64,000 bases of DNA, from the NCBI RefSeq assembly GCF_006345805.1, contig NW_021833018.1, positions 1 to 64,000 of the forward strand, written 5' to 3'. Of the stretch, positions 1 through 12,014 are shown in pieces. How positions within the stretch are numbered: position 1 is the first letter of the stretch; every line of letters begins with the position of its first letter. The position numbers and the translations under genes were made by a program. The notes under the pieces are model-generated. The model ran no database searches. It was not told the origin of the DNA and was given only the letters and a program-made list of their open reading frames with translations. The stretch comes from Octopus sinensis. Its lineage: Eukaryota.

Positions 1-426
1 TATGTATTCCTAATATCTCACGTTAAGCTCAAACTCTCCCACAGTCGAATTTGAATGCAACGACGAAGCCTTGGTTTTGGTCGTCGATTATATTTCCGGT
101 TGTTTGAAAGACTCTATTTAAGCCAAATATAACTCAGAATCAGATATTGACAACTTCAAAGCGGCATTAATAGAACTCAACAACAACGTGGAGAATGTTT
201 GTTTGATTTTAATATCCTATAGATCTATCAATTGCTCATGGCAATGGCTTTGTGGGAATGTGATGAAAAGTCTATTAACGAGTTATCGGAGGCTGCTGTT
301 TTGTCGGGGAATGGACACGTGCTTGTTAATGTACTGAAGCAGATCTACCCCGAGGATCAGGCCACTAATCGACCTGATCTTGCTAAAATCATTAGCTTTT
401 CTGACACGATTTTACCACAAGGTTAA
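1..426 (+). CDS. 3' part of an unidentified host gene with tiny introns
   Basis: Removing GT-AG introns 99-122 (24 nt) and 197-222 (26 nt) gives one frame, ..FECNDEALVLVVDYISAKYNSESDIDNFKAALIELNNNVENIYQLLMAMALWECDEK..LPQG*, which joins ORF 232..426. No family recognised. Confidence 0.6.
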
Positions 427-596
427 GTACCGGTCCCTTTGATTACAAAAACAAAATTTAAATTAAAAAAATAATTAATTAAAAATATATTAAATATAAT
501 TTAATAAATAATTAAAATATATTAGATGACAAGACATTTGTAAGAACATACTTATTCCGTTACTATTGTCGCAAGATAGACCACCAGGCACACGAT

Positions 597-1342
597 TTGT
601 CCCCTACAATCACAAGTTTATCTTCCTCAATGTCGAATTTCTACGAAAAGACATCCAAACAACTCGAATCTTTGAAAACCCGAATTGATTCTTTAAAAAA
701 TGCCCCATCAGACAGTTTTAAATCAGTTCTTGTCGACTTGGAGTCAGGAGAGGACTTGAAGACAATCATTTCGAAGACATTCACCGACAACAATCAGTTG
801 AGTCCCCTCGAACGTCAACTGACCACGTTTTTCCTGTGCTGTCGTCGGTTTGTGAGTCAATTGGCCATGTCCCGGGATTTCGAATCAGTCAAAAATTCAA
901 TTTTGTGGTCCCTCGGTGAGTCCCTTCAAGGGATCCCCTCAGGAGACACAATCTCCCTGCCAAGCTCACTCAACAATCTCTTCAACGTGATCGAAGCCAC
1001 CCCCCAACAAGGGATGTTGAATATAATGAGGGAAGAACTGAGGACAATTGGATTGAAGGTCGATCAGTTGTGTTCCGACAAAAAAGTGGACATTTCCAAT
1101 ATTTTTAGTCCTCGACTCCTCAATGTGAGCCCCAGGCAATGGACGAGGGGTTGGTCGACAGCAGTCCTGTTAAGAGGGTTCGCCAGAATGACGAGGAAGT
1201 GAGTCCCCCCAAACGGATTACCGCCAATGTTGTTGCAAAAGCACGCAAAGTTCGTTTTTTACTCAAAAATTGTGCAACGAAGATATTAAACGACAGCGAG
1301 GGTTATCGAAATGGGGGGACTAGTCACGTTCCTTGTCGATAA
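597..1342 (+). CDS. Hypothetical host protein (true start probably upstream)
   Basis: A 23-nt GT-AG intron at 1086-1108 (gtggac..ttttag) puts ORF 597..1202 in frame with ORF 1139..1342 (..CSDKK|SSTPQCEPQAMDEGL..). No family recognised. Confidence 0.6.
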
Positions 1343-1639
1343 ATATGACTGTTTTATTGGTTAAGTGTTAAATATCAACATTTTTCGGGCAGACATTAAA
1401 TTACAAAACTCATCAAGGGACTATTTTCCATAACAGTCAGTGTCGGTTGTGCAAAATCATATTTTTTGAATCCCTTTCGCTAGTCTTTGACTTCTTAATT
1501 ATCCAAAAAGTCACTGGCATTAACACAATTATCTATTAAGCCTATACGATTTTTCAATTTGGTGGATTAAGTCAGGCGTAAACCTTTTTTTCAATTTAGT
1601 CTAGGAGAAATGATTGTTAGCTTGATTGTCCTAGGAAGT

Positions 1640-1990
1640 GAATCTATGCTTTAGCTGGGTGTATGGATGTGGTAGAACTTAACAACGATCGGACCTGTCT
1701 TTACCTTCCCTACAGATGTTCTAGCTTTATATGCCTTTGCAAATTCTATGAACGCAGAAAAGATCGATCAAAATATTCTGCCTTTTGCAACTGGCTATTT
1801 TTCAAGTTCTCCTTTGCGCCAAAAACGGCAATCATTTAAATCGCTGCTAATCATGTCATCTTCTCAAGCCATAGTTCCCGCTATTTCAACTATTACAGTA
1901 ATTGGTATGGCTTCTTTAGTTACGCTTTCGTAACTCAAGCAGTTTATCGACTAACAAAAGGAAATGTTTCTTATCCAGGTAAAATCGATA
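1640..1990 (+). pseudogene. Decayed bacterial FetB/YbbM (UPF0014)-like ABC permease fragment
   Basis: ALYAFANSMNA resembles the family GNSMNA motif, and QAIVPAISTITVIGMASL resembles AALIPTINSMxxVGLVSL. Intronless with stops. Recognition is weak. Confidence 0.35.
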
Positions 1991-2539
1991 CATTAACCTT
2001 TTTATTCTCTTATTTTTCTGATCAGCAGCTGTTAGGTCAAATCAGCAGCTGTTATGAGTTAATTATTCATTTGAGACCAAGCCTATGTCAAGTTCACCGC
2101 AAACTCCACTAGAATACTGTTTATTCTGCCTATAACCAAACAATTTGAAAATCGATCAATCTATAATCAAGAATCTAAATAATACAAATTCACCTCGCGA
2201 AGTTATCACCGATATTTTTGACTCAATGTACACGCGTGGATTTGGCTTAAGATATCTTGAACAAATCAAACAGAAAGTCCTGTTATTCTTCTCCATAATT
2301 AGTATTTTGAATGGATAGAGGTTGTAGAAACGGTCGAAGATTTACAAAATAACAGAAAAATTTGTAACAGCAAGCAACCGTCTAAGCAAAATCCACATTT
2401 CTTTACACCTTTTATTAAAAAATTCAATAAAAAGATCACTGGAAACTTTTACTATTCTCGTTTCAGCAGGAAATATTTACCCTATAAAAGGTAGACATGC
2501 AATTATGACTGATAACACGTGATAACCAGTTTTCAAAAA

Positions 2540-2905
2540 TGTGTGATGTCAATCACGCATTCTTTAATTCTACTGAAATTGACGTGATATCTTATTAACA
2601 ACTTAGTTAACTGGAAGTGTTTTGGTTTCTTTGAAGCATCTAGGATTCTTTCTTGTCCCAATGACCATTTATTTTGGAATCTTTTTTCCCCCATAAATGC
2701 GTTTAAATGATACGTTGTTTCTCTCTTTCCAATGCTGAAGCCAACCTGAATTAGGAATAAAATCATCCAGTTTCATTAACCAATTTATCCAATTAATCGA
2801 TATATATTGAATGGAAAGCATATAAAATATGTTATTGAAAATAAATTTATGTCATTAGCCGATTTATACAATTAACCAATATGCAATTGACCAGTGTATA
2901 CTGTA
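2540..2905 (-). mobile_element. pogo/Tigger transposase fragment within the bacterial-like block
   Basis: Minus strand reads NSGWLQHWKERNNVSFKRIYG (CENP-B-type HTH motif) and MVIGTRKNPRCFKETKTLPV. A TA|CAGTATAC terminus lies near 2905. Confidence 0.55.
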
Positions 2906-3113
2906 CCAAGTTCTTAGTTCTCTTTAAGAATGAACGCTAAAGAAAAAAACTTAATAAAATTTGAAGTCAAGATTTGTTATTAAAACATCTATTCTGAGCT
3001 TGATTTTCTTTCAGTTGAAATGAGAACTTTTCAGGGTTTTTGAATCCACATGCAGTGATCTCTTTTCCCCATTCTTACAATACATCTTCTATTGATTCTA
3101 AAAGGAAAACAAA

Positions 3114-3246
3114 ATGAAAAATACGTTCAGTAGATCCAGTAAATCAAGCAATTGGCATTGCTTCCCTTCATTTTCAAGAAGCTGACCATTTAATTGCTCA
3201 TGGCCGTCGAAAGCTAAACAACGCCGAACAAAAAATCCAAACACTG
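3114..3246 (+). pseudogene. xseB: Exodeoxyribonuclease VII small subunit remnant (bacterial)
   Basis: SLHFQEADHLIAHGRRKLNNAEQKIQTL matches the XseB C-terminal helix. The ATG at 3114 is preceded by an RBS-like AAAGGA (3101-3106). The 5' part is frameshifted. Confidence 0.6.
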
Positions 3247-4590
3247 AATAGCATTCCCAAAAAACTTAAAAAATTCACCTTTATTCTCAATGATAATGTC
3301 ATAGCAATTACCAAAAATGTAATCGCTGTAACAAGTATTCTCAGCCACTTTTTTAATAGCCTTATTGCTAACCACATTCACGACGACCTGATAAAAGTCA
3401 TTCTAAGAATTCCAGGTTACGTAAAAACACTTATCGAGCAAAGCAATCAGATGAAAGAATCAATGAAAAACGTGATTAGCACTGCTAAATTTAAGCAGTT
3501 TGGTCTCCATCGATGTGCATGAAATCAAAAAGCTTATCGATACTATCAAAGCACTGAAAGATCAGGACCCCTTTACCCTCGTTCACATTCTTCCAGTAAA
3601 AGGACAAGGCATAAAAAGAGAAGGCATGCATCCAACGCCTTATCAAAAAGGAAAACTATTTAATAGAAAAACAGGAGAATTACATCTTTATAAAAATCCT
3701 AGGCTAACATTCTTTAAAGTTTTTTGGAAAGCACGTTCTCAAGTTTGCTGAAGAAGATCCCAATATTGTTGCTATCACACCTGCTATGCACGTCGGCTCT
3801 TGCTCAGATGTTTTTATGAAGCGATATCTAGACAGCTGCATAGATGCAGTCATTACCGAGGGAAACTCTTTTGCCTACTCTCTAGGTATGAGCTATAATG
3901 AAAAACTAAAAGTCATTGCCTTTGTCTAATCAACTTTCCTCCAGCGTGCTTTTGATAACATTTATCACAATGTTTGTGTTCAAAAGCATCATTAATCGCC
4001 CTGGTCTAGCTTTTGATGATGGAATCACTGCTCAAGGGCTCTAAGATATTGAATGCCATGCCCAATATATTTATCGCGCAGCCTTGAGGCGGGAAGGAAT
4101 ATGCTAAAAGCCCTCCTACAAAGTGCTTTCGTATGGAAACTTCCATCTGCTATCCGCTATCCTAACTTACAGACAGTTGACGAAGAGATTCAATTCGAAA
4201 AAGTTTTTTTAGCAAAGAATCCCTTAAAAAGGAAAAAATCTAACGATAGTAGCTTTTGGCCACGTGGTGGATATTGGTCTGCAAACACGCGAGCTTTTGC
4301 TTTTAGAAGACCTTGATGGAACAGTCATCGACCAATCTTTGTTAAACCTTTGGATGAAGATACTTTGAAAATTCTCGAGGTGTTGTTATAATTGAAAAAC
4401 ATTCACTTCAAAGTGGCATGGGATCGATTATCAATTCTTTTATTGTCCAAGAAGGCTTGACTCATTTACACGTTAGGAAATCAGCATGCTAATCATGCAG
4501 ACTTGTTAAAAGAAGTTGGACTTTACCCCGACAATATTGCTACAGGTTTTAGAGACTTCTTCAAAACAAACTGCCAGGGTCCAATGAAAA
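3247..4590 (+). pseudogene. dxs: 1-deoxy-D-xylulose-5-phosphate synthase pseudogene, chlamydia-like, N-terminal part deleted
   Basis: Colinear motifs: FTFILNDN, IDVHEIKKLID..HILPVKGQG, EEDPNIVAITPAM, ITEGN (IAEGH equivalent), STFLQRAFDNIYHNVC, NAMPN, SAIRYPN, FVKPLDED, IEKHSLQSGMGSIINSF. Many stops and frameshifts, no introns. Confidence 0.92.
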
Positions 4591-5410
4591 AAATTGCTCT
4601 TTTTCCAAAAACTAAAGAGAAATCAAAAAATATCTTTTCTAAAAAAAGCATCCAGGTTGCTGTTGGAGATGATAAAGCAAGCGATCTTAAGAGGCACCTC
4701 TTTTCTCGGCAAACTCGTAGGATATTGAATGGTTGATCACAATGAGAGGAGATGGATCTATCTTGCGCGTAGCGCATAAGTACGCTGATATCGATGCAGT
4801 TATTTTATGAATTAATTTCGGGCATCTCGGGTTTATGGCAGATGTTCAAATCATCAATATCATCCTCTGACTGGAAGATTTAATTCACCGGCAGTTCACA
4901 TTTAAAAATAGAATAATGATCGAAGGAACATCTCAAAGTAAAAAGTCTTTCTTTTCCATAAAGAATTGTCTCCTACAACTAGTACACAATCCTATTATTA
5001 TTAAAATGGCAATTTATGTTATCTTTATCTGAATAGGCTTGAAGCTGATAGTGTCATTTTAGCAACCTTTAATATGTCAACAGCTTACTCTTTAAGTTGC
5101 CGGTAGTCCTATCTTAAGCCCTGATATTAATGCTTTTGTCTTAACTTCTATTTGTTTACATACCATTTCAAATCGTCCTTTCGTTCTTACACTAAACCGC
5201 AAAATTCAAAACGAGTATGTGAGTGAAAATGAGTCCATTGAAGTTTCTGCAATGGTCTCAACCGCTTTGAGCTAAAAACGGGAGAAACGATTAAAATCAG
5301 ACGCAGTCAAAAAAATTCAAACTCGTTAATTTAAACCACATTGACTTCTACTTTACTCTCCGAACAGAGCTCTGCTGATCCGGAAAGCTTCGTCAATCAA
5401 AGGAAATTGA
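4584..5410 (+). pseudogene. nadK: NAD kinase pseudogene (bacterial, directly after dxs)
   Basis: MKKIALFP.., ITMRGDGSILR (decayed GGDG), INFGHLGFMADV, EADSVILATFNMSTAYSL, HTISNRPFVL, FYFTLRTELCxSGKLR. Stops and frameshifts, no introns. Confidence 0.9.
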
Positions 5411-5426
5411 TTAAACAGTTTCTCTC

Positions 5427-5700
5427 ATGATTCCTTTAAAACTTGCGTTTAATTTGTCCGCTTTTAACCCCTGACTGCAGAAAAATTTGATTCATATCTT
5501 CGCTATCAACAAGATGAAAAAGCAATCCAAGCTCAATACTCTTTAGAAATGACCGGAATCATCTCTGCAAATCAAACGCATGGTGGTTTGATGCAAGCCC
5601 TTGGAAAACGCTTATACTACGTAACAACAGGTCCTCGTATTATCGATGGCCTTCATATTGCAGGGCGAACAATGGGATCTAAATTAAAACTAAAACAAAG
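5427..5700 (+). pseudogene. Probable next gene of the bacterial operon (unidentified)
   Basis: ATG 16 nt after the nadK stop, same strand, intronless: ..DSYLRYQQDEKAIQAQYSLEMTGIISANQTHGGLMQALGKRLYYVTTGPRIIDGLHIAGRTMGSK. Family not recognised. Confidence 0.4.
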
Positions 5701-6347
5701 CCAGGGCTTTTTTATAATCATCATATTACATGTTTTGTTGTAGGAACCAATATAAGAAGTTGTCATTATCCTTAATAGAAAGGTTTATAAAACTCTTAAT
5801 CCAAAAGACAACTCTTTAGACTTGTGATTTATCATAGTGAGCCATTAGATAAAGCATCTCTCAAAGTAAGTGGTGAAACCCCTCCTTTTTTCTATTATTA
5901 CATGCGTATTATGCAAGCAGATCAAATAAACTTTATAAACGTTAAACCTTGTGATAAAAACTATTAATAAAATCAAGTAACCTTTCAAATGGAGAGTTGC
6001 CACACCATCGACCGAGTCAGAGAATAATTCGGTGAACTGCTTTAATCCAGAAGAAATTGGAATAAGATCCAAGGCCGCCCCACCGCACAGCTAAAGTCTT
6101 GTTGTATACTGATAATGATTATACTAAATACCGTTTTCAATATCTTTTGATAGATGAAACTAAGATAGTTACTATCAATAGAGTTAAAAAATGTTAAGTT
6201 TTTCAAATTTTTAGGAATTATCTTTAGTCAGTAATTAATGTCAAACTAAGTAGGTCACCCTGTCAACCCTGTCAACAATGAAGGTCGCTCTGGTCGTCAG
6301 CGTGGGGCGCGACATAATACATCTCTCACATTGCAAAATATCATCTA

Positions 6348-7012
6348 TACCATTTCCCATACTAAGTGGGATAAACACCAAACTAAGTGGGATTGAGAGA
6401 AAACTAAATGGGATTAACATCAAACTAAGTGGGATTAATAACGAACTAAATGGGATCAATAAAGGATTACTTTTATTATAAATATTATATTTTGACGCAG
6501 CAAATAAAAATGCCACGTAAATCATTAGAAGAGAAAAATCAAATACATAGAAATAAAATACATTTAATTTCAGTTGCAGAATCAGGTGGGGATTGGAAAA
6601 AAACGGCAATTGAACTCAATATCTCGAGAACAACAGCATATCGTTGGATAAGGGATGGAGTTAAACCTGACACGAGAGGTGGAAATTATAGAAAAAAGTT
6701 TGACAAAGAACATATCGACTTTTGTATATCATGCATTGAAGACGATAGCACAATTACCCTTCATGGAATTAAACGAAAATTTGAATTAATTTTTCCGAAA
6801 TTATCAATATCAAAATCAAGTATCGCTCGACATCTCAAGTATCGTTAACATAAAATTTTAAACAAAGAATTTTTTGGTGTTAATCCCATTTAGTTTGCTA
6901 TTAATCCCACTTAGATTGATGTTAATCCCACTTAGTTTGACGTTAATCCCATTTAGTTTTCTGCTAATCCCACTTAGTTTGGTGTTAATCCCATTTAGTA
7001 TGAGAAATGGTA
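6348..7012 (+). mobile_element. Internally deleted Tc1/IS630-like element with 21-bp repeat-array TIRs
   Basis: TIRs TACCATTTC(C/T)CATACTAA(G/A)TGGGAT with flanking TA on both sides. Five left and six right inverted 21-bp units (core ACTAA(G/A)TGGGAT). The internal ORF from 6501 encodes only the HTH region (KTAIELNISRTTAYRW..RGG..ISKSSIARHL). Confidence 0.85.
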
Positions 7013-7877
7013 TATTGTTTACTAATCTAAAATTGTTTGCCAAAAAAGGCTTGAATAATCAGCAATGACTTCACAATGACTACATAAGATTTCATTTTGA
7101 AATGCGTCCAAATATATCAAGGCAAAAAATAGGTGACGAAAAAGTCAAAAAAATAGAATGAGAATAATTTATAATTTAAAATTAACAATTAATTAGTTTG
7201 TTGTAGATTTATTAAAATAATTATTTATTTATTAAATCGAACTTGTTGATGTGGTTTATTTTTGCATTCATCTTTTACAAAATAATTTCAGTGACTGATC
7301 TCCAATGTGAAATCAATGAAGACATCCTCTCAGAATGGAACAACTATGTTGCCAACTTCAGTATTGTATATACTTTCAATGTATTAGAGATCAACAACGA
7401 GAGCCATTCAGAATCTGCATTTTTAAGCGTAACATGGACATTATCAATGAAAACAACAAATTATATGAATCTGGAAAGTCGAGCTATAAAATGGCATTAA
7501 CCAATTCACTCATTTAGTTCTTTAACTGATTATTATGTAGACTGCCGACGAAGTTCCCAAAGGATTATCACCAAATATTTAACCCTCACTAATTCTAATT
7601 TTTCACTAATTCTATTTTCTCTATTCTAATTTTTCTCTATTAGTGGCGTCATATGACGTCATGATTTTTGTCAAGTTTCACAAAAAAATAAAGGTATAAG
7701 ACGCGAACTACGTAATTATATTATAAACATGGGGAATTTTTGTATATTATAAAAAAAAGGAACAATTAGAACTGATGAAATAAAACGGATTTTTCCAAAT
7801 TAGAAAAATTACAGAAATATGTTGACAAGCGTTTCAATGACGAGCATTTCAATGATTGTCTTTATTAAATAAAAAAA

Positions 7878-8575
7878 TTTAACGCGGACGATATCTTGGT
7901 TACGGATGTCTTGATGTGGGGACCCCGACACAGAGAAGGTTTTCCTGGAGCAGACTAGAACCGTACTTGGAGGAACTTGAAATCTGGTGCAATGGTAAAG
8001 GCTTGAATCTCGCTCGGGACAAAAGTACCATTTGTTGGATTTCAATGGGTCGTGACAAAAAACCGACTTTCGAGGATTATGGGAACCTGATTATATCGAA
8101 GAACCTACGTTACCTGGGAGTAACTATAGACCCCACCGGGTCATACAAACCCCATGTGCATGCAAAGCGGAAACAAGGAGCGAAAATCCTAAAAGGACTG
8201 AGGCGTTTTTGTCTAAGCGCAGAAACGTTTCTACACATCTACCAGACTTGTGTTCAGCCACTAATAATCTATGGTTCGGAGGGCTGGTACCAAACTGATG
8301 AAAGGGACCTTCTAATCGCCAAACTCGAAAAAACCAGACAATTTGCCATCAAACTGCCATTCGGCCTGGAGCTCAGCAGTCCGCTGGAGGACCTGCATGA
8401 GCGGAGTGTTGACACGATAGACGCGATCCTTGCAAAAACTCGAATTCGCTGAGGAAGATAAGACAGTCTCCCGGGGCAAAACCGAAGTTGAGACCTTCGT
8501 GGCTCTCGTTATCAAGCCCCCTAAGCTCTAATTCCTCGGCCACTTTTCTTTTGGAGCTATTGTATTAAATAAACC
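7878..8575 (+). mobile_element. 5'-truncated APE-type LINE, RT C-terminal fragment
   Basis: NADDIL (YADD-like), LRYLGVTID, IYQTCVQPLIIYGSEGW, followed by an A-rich 3' end. Confidence 0.85.
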
Positions 8576-9099
8576 ATATTCTTCACTATTAAATAAAAAA
8601 ATTTAAATTGAAAAAAATTAATAGATCCATATTGCGCATTTTGGGTTCAAAAATGTGCAAACTATTATTTGTGAATTTAAAATTTTGGATTAAATTGTAA
8701 TTTTGGTCTTAATGGGAGTAGTGCAATTCCACAGTTTTAAGTGTGTAGAGACATAAACCAAAGTTCCAGGTTTGTCTCCTAAAAACTATCTCAGCAGGTT
8801 AGTTATAAGGAATTTCCTTACAGACTATTGGTAAACAAACAGAAACCATTTAATACACATAAGATTTGTATAATGCCAGACAAATAAGATTAATTTTATC
8901 TTTCTAATTGTGATTTCTTTTCTGTAATTGATTGTCGCTATTTGATCTCGCTCTAGATAAAATATATATGTTTTGTATTTAATAGAATTTGAGACTACCC
9001 TATCCTGTGTCAACACGATAAAGAATCATTTATATATTCATGTATATATAAAAGTATTGGGAAGCAGGACTTCAATTCATCTTTTGTTATCATTTTATT

Positions 9100-9585
9100 T
9101 TCTTTATCATTAACCACAAATTTTAACATACCTACCGACTCGTAGATATTGTAATAAGAACAATCTCACAATAATAACCCTTTTTATACACTTTCCACAT
9201 TTTGAGAATTGAAAGCAAATTCGTCGTGCTCACGATCAGCTAATCAAAAACTTATAAGCAAAAAATATGTTGGCAATCTTAGCTACATGCTCACCTAACC
9301 AAAATATACAAACCAGTGAACTCCATGTGAACTTTACCAATGGCCATCGTTCAGTAAAGTGTCTGTAAAAACAACAGAACCAAATTTGACAAATTTTCTG
9401 AAATTGAAAGTATGTGGGGCATGAATTTAATTAATTTTAATTATTTTCCTAACATTTGACATACTTTCCATTTCACCTGCAATAACCACATTGATCTGAT
9501 CATATTTGATCAATAATAGCTTGTAGCCCAGATCCACACAACATGTCGGCAGTATACGCGGAAGATGTGCTTTGAATTCCTATCT
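9100..9585 (-). pseudogene. Acetyl-CoA acetyltransferase (thiolase) pseudogene fragment
   Basis: AYTADMLCGSGLQAI (active-site CGSG), VVIAGEMESMSN, TLLNDG, HMEFT|GEHVA (19-nt intron at 9295-9313), EHDEFAFNSQ. It has in-frame stops and one degraded acceptor. Confidence 0.8.
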
Positions 9586-9940
9586 TAAGTAATAGTTGTA
9601 TAGTACTGGAAAGAAAAGAACAACAAAAAAACAATTCATGCACATAAAAGTTGTTTTTATTTATTTAAATAATTTTAAAATATTTTTGAAATAAAATTCA
9701 TATAATAAATTATTTATTAATAACAAACATAACTATAATTTGCATCATATTTTCTTTATTATTTTATATACATTTTTAGTTTTTTAATTAAACTAATATC
9801 TATTGATTAATAATTAATTTGTTATATAAAATAAGCTAATTTAATTATTCTTAATACTTTTTTCAAGTATCGATTTTTAACTAAATAGACTATATCATTA
9901 AATCATTCTAGTGAGACCCTTTGGAAATTGTTATTTTAAA

Positions 9941-11936
9941 ATGTCAAGAAATGAAATTTTGGCTCCCTATATAGTTTATATCAAATATTAAAATTGTAAT
10001 AGACATTACTCAGACAACTTCGAAGAGTTGATTTGCAAAAACTTTGTCATTTTATTCATGCAAAGATTTCTGGAAATAAAAATGATCTGTTGCAACGAAT
10101 TTATGAGAATCTAGAAACAGTTTACAATCCCGAATTCCTGTCAGAAATCAAATTTATTTTTGAGTACACCAAATAACAAATTTTATTTTAGACATAGAGA
10201 TAATGCTTTATTCTCATTAAAAACGATATTTCCTACAGTAAAACATGCTTCCCCAATTGATTTGAATTCTCTTAAATTCGAAGATATTCCTTATTATGAA
10301 AACCTTCACACACTCTTATACCCAACTTTAATCAAGAATGGTAAACCTGCCATAATTATTTTAGGTGACAAAATATCTGACGGCGACTGCAGAAACGTGT
10401 TTACTTTTGCAGAGTCAATTTACAATACTTTCCCAGATTTAAAGTAATTGTTTTTTAACAAGTTATAAAATATGTTTACCAACTATATTTATTCAATATA
10501 AATAATTTTTGATATTTTATAACACAGATTTTTTGACTACATGGGATTCAGAACTGACATTCAAGTACAACTTAGGTTCAGTTTAAAATTAATAATTCTA
10601 GAATTGGCGTTTTGGAATCAAATGTTTTGCGTGATAAATATCCGTCAACTTTAACGTGTAAACTCAACTCAAAATCTGTCGATCTTCCAGTATTAAGTCG
10701 ATCTTTTATTTAGCCATACCTCCCTATCAAGCGACAAAACGACGTACAGAAACGTCCGCGGATTCCCGTTGATGTGACTATGGTGACAATCACACACCCA
10801 AATAGCACAAATTGTTTATTTGTCCGTAACAGTTCTAGCGAAAAAGTAATTTTTATATTCATTTTTAGGATCAATATTACGCGGGAATTTTTATTGTTAG
10901 AAAATTATTAGTCAGTGATTTAATAAACAAAATACAATCTCGATCTCCAATAACAACTGAACAGACTCGGAAATGGAGTTTGACCTAATAAACTGACTTT
11001 TCAGTCACTGAACGTCTTTCTGCAAACAATGAAACTGACGAACCTGTTGTGACTGATATATTCCTCTCTCTCCTATGTCCTGTTTCCATATTTTCATTTA
11101 CTCGTATAGATATCCCAGACTCGTTTGTCCCTTCCGGTCAGATCGACGCAATGTGACCACATTCAATGTTTTGATGCCCATACTTTTCTCACAATGAATG
11201 AGAAAAGACCTAATTGGCGTTGTCCGATCTGTTCTCGGCCTATGGACTTTTGCTACGTGAAGATTGACGAGTATCAGTCTTACTATATTATCCCATAAGA
11301 TACGTCTCCTTCATTTTAATGCAGACTAAAACTCACGTGAGATCTGTTGGGTTTGACGAGAATGGGCTTTGGCACTGTGTTTCAGATAAAGGGGAACCTG
11401 CTAGAGGTTATTTGCCATTGTTGATTTTTCTAGAAATTTTTGATACCACTGAACATAAAGAACCACTCCGATAACTGAGAGTGTGGTTAATATTTCGAAG
11501 GGCAGACGAGGTTATTGTCATTGAAGATTCTGACGATGAGGAAAAAGATAAAAATAATCTACAAGTTGAGAATGAACAGCCCTCCTTAGTCCTCATAGAA
11601 GGATCGGTACGTTCTCTTAATCAGGATATCCAAAATGAACCACATGTTCTACGACTTCCCTTATCTTCTAATAAGAGGCCTTGTTTAGACTCAATGAATA
11701 CTGTATTTAATGGAAGTAGCGACATTACTCATCGAGACATTCCGTTTAAAAACTCGGCTTTTAATAGCCAAGTGTTTCACCCGTTTGGTTCATCTCAGTC
11801 AGTGCCTCCTCGATTGTTCACAGTTTCTAATTATAATCAGCCATTCTTCCACGGATTGATCTTTCCAACTTCGATGTCAAATAATACTCCCCAAGGTGAT
11901 AGAAACATTTTTTTGGACAAGTTACCAAAATTATAA
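9941..11936 (+). CDS. PIAS: PIAS-family SUMO E3 ligase (SAP, PINIT, SP-RING, SIM)
   Basis: The spliced frame gives SAP (LRRVDLQKLC..SGNKNDLLQRI), PINIT (FEDIPYYENL..IQVQLR..KRPRIPVDVT), SP-RING (SLLCP|ISQTRLSLPVRSTQCDHIQCFD..NEKRPNWRCPIC) and a SIM/acidic patch (VIVIEDSDDEE). About 10 introns, mostly 23-30 nt. The junction at 11471-11500 is non-canonical. Confidence 0.93.
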
Positions 11937-12014
11937 CAATTAAATTTTTTTCTTCAATAAATTACATTTCAGTAATTTTTATTAATTTATTAAATTAATC
12001 ATTGTAACTTATAT

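Noticed and set aside
3114-5410. Functional MEP pathway gene, or simple bacterial contamination
   Set aside because: DXS lacks its N-terminus and has many stops, so it cannot be functional. Decay far exceeds that of adjacent intact host genes, which is unlike DNA from a live contaminant. Junction reads are still needed.
6241-7068. Leu/Ile/Pro/Ser-rich ORFs on both strands
   Set aside because: They are translations of the 21-bp TIR arrays.
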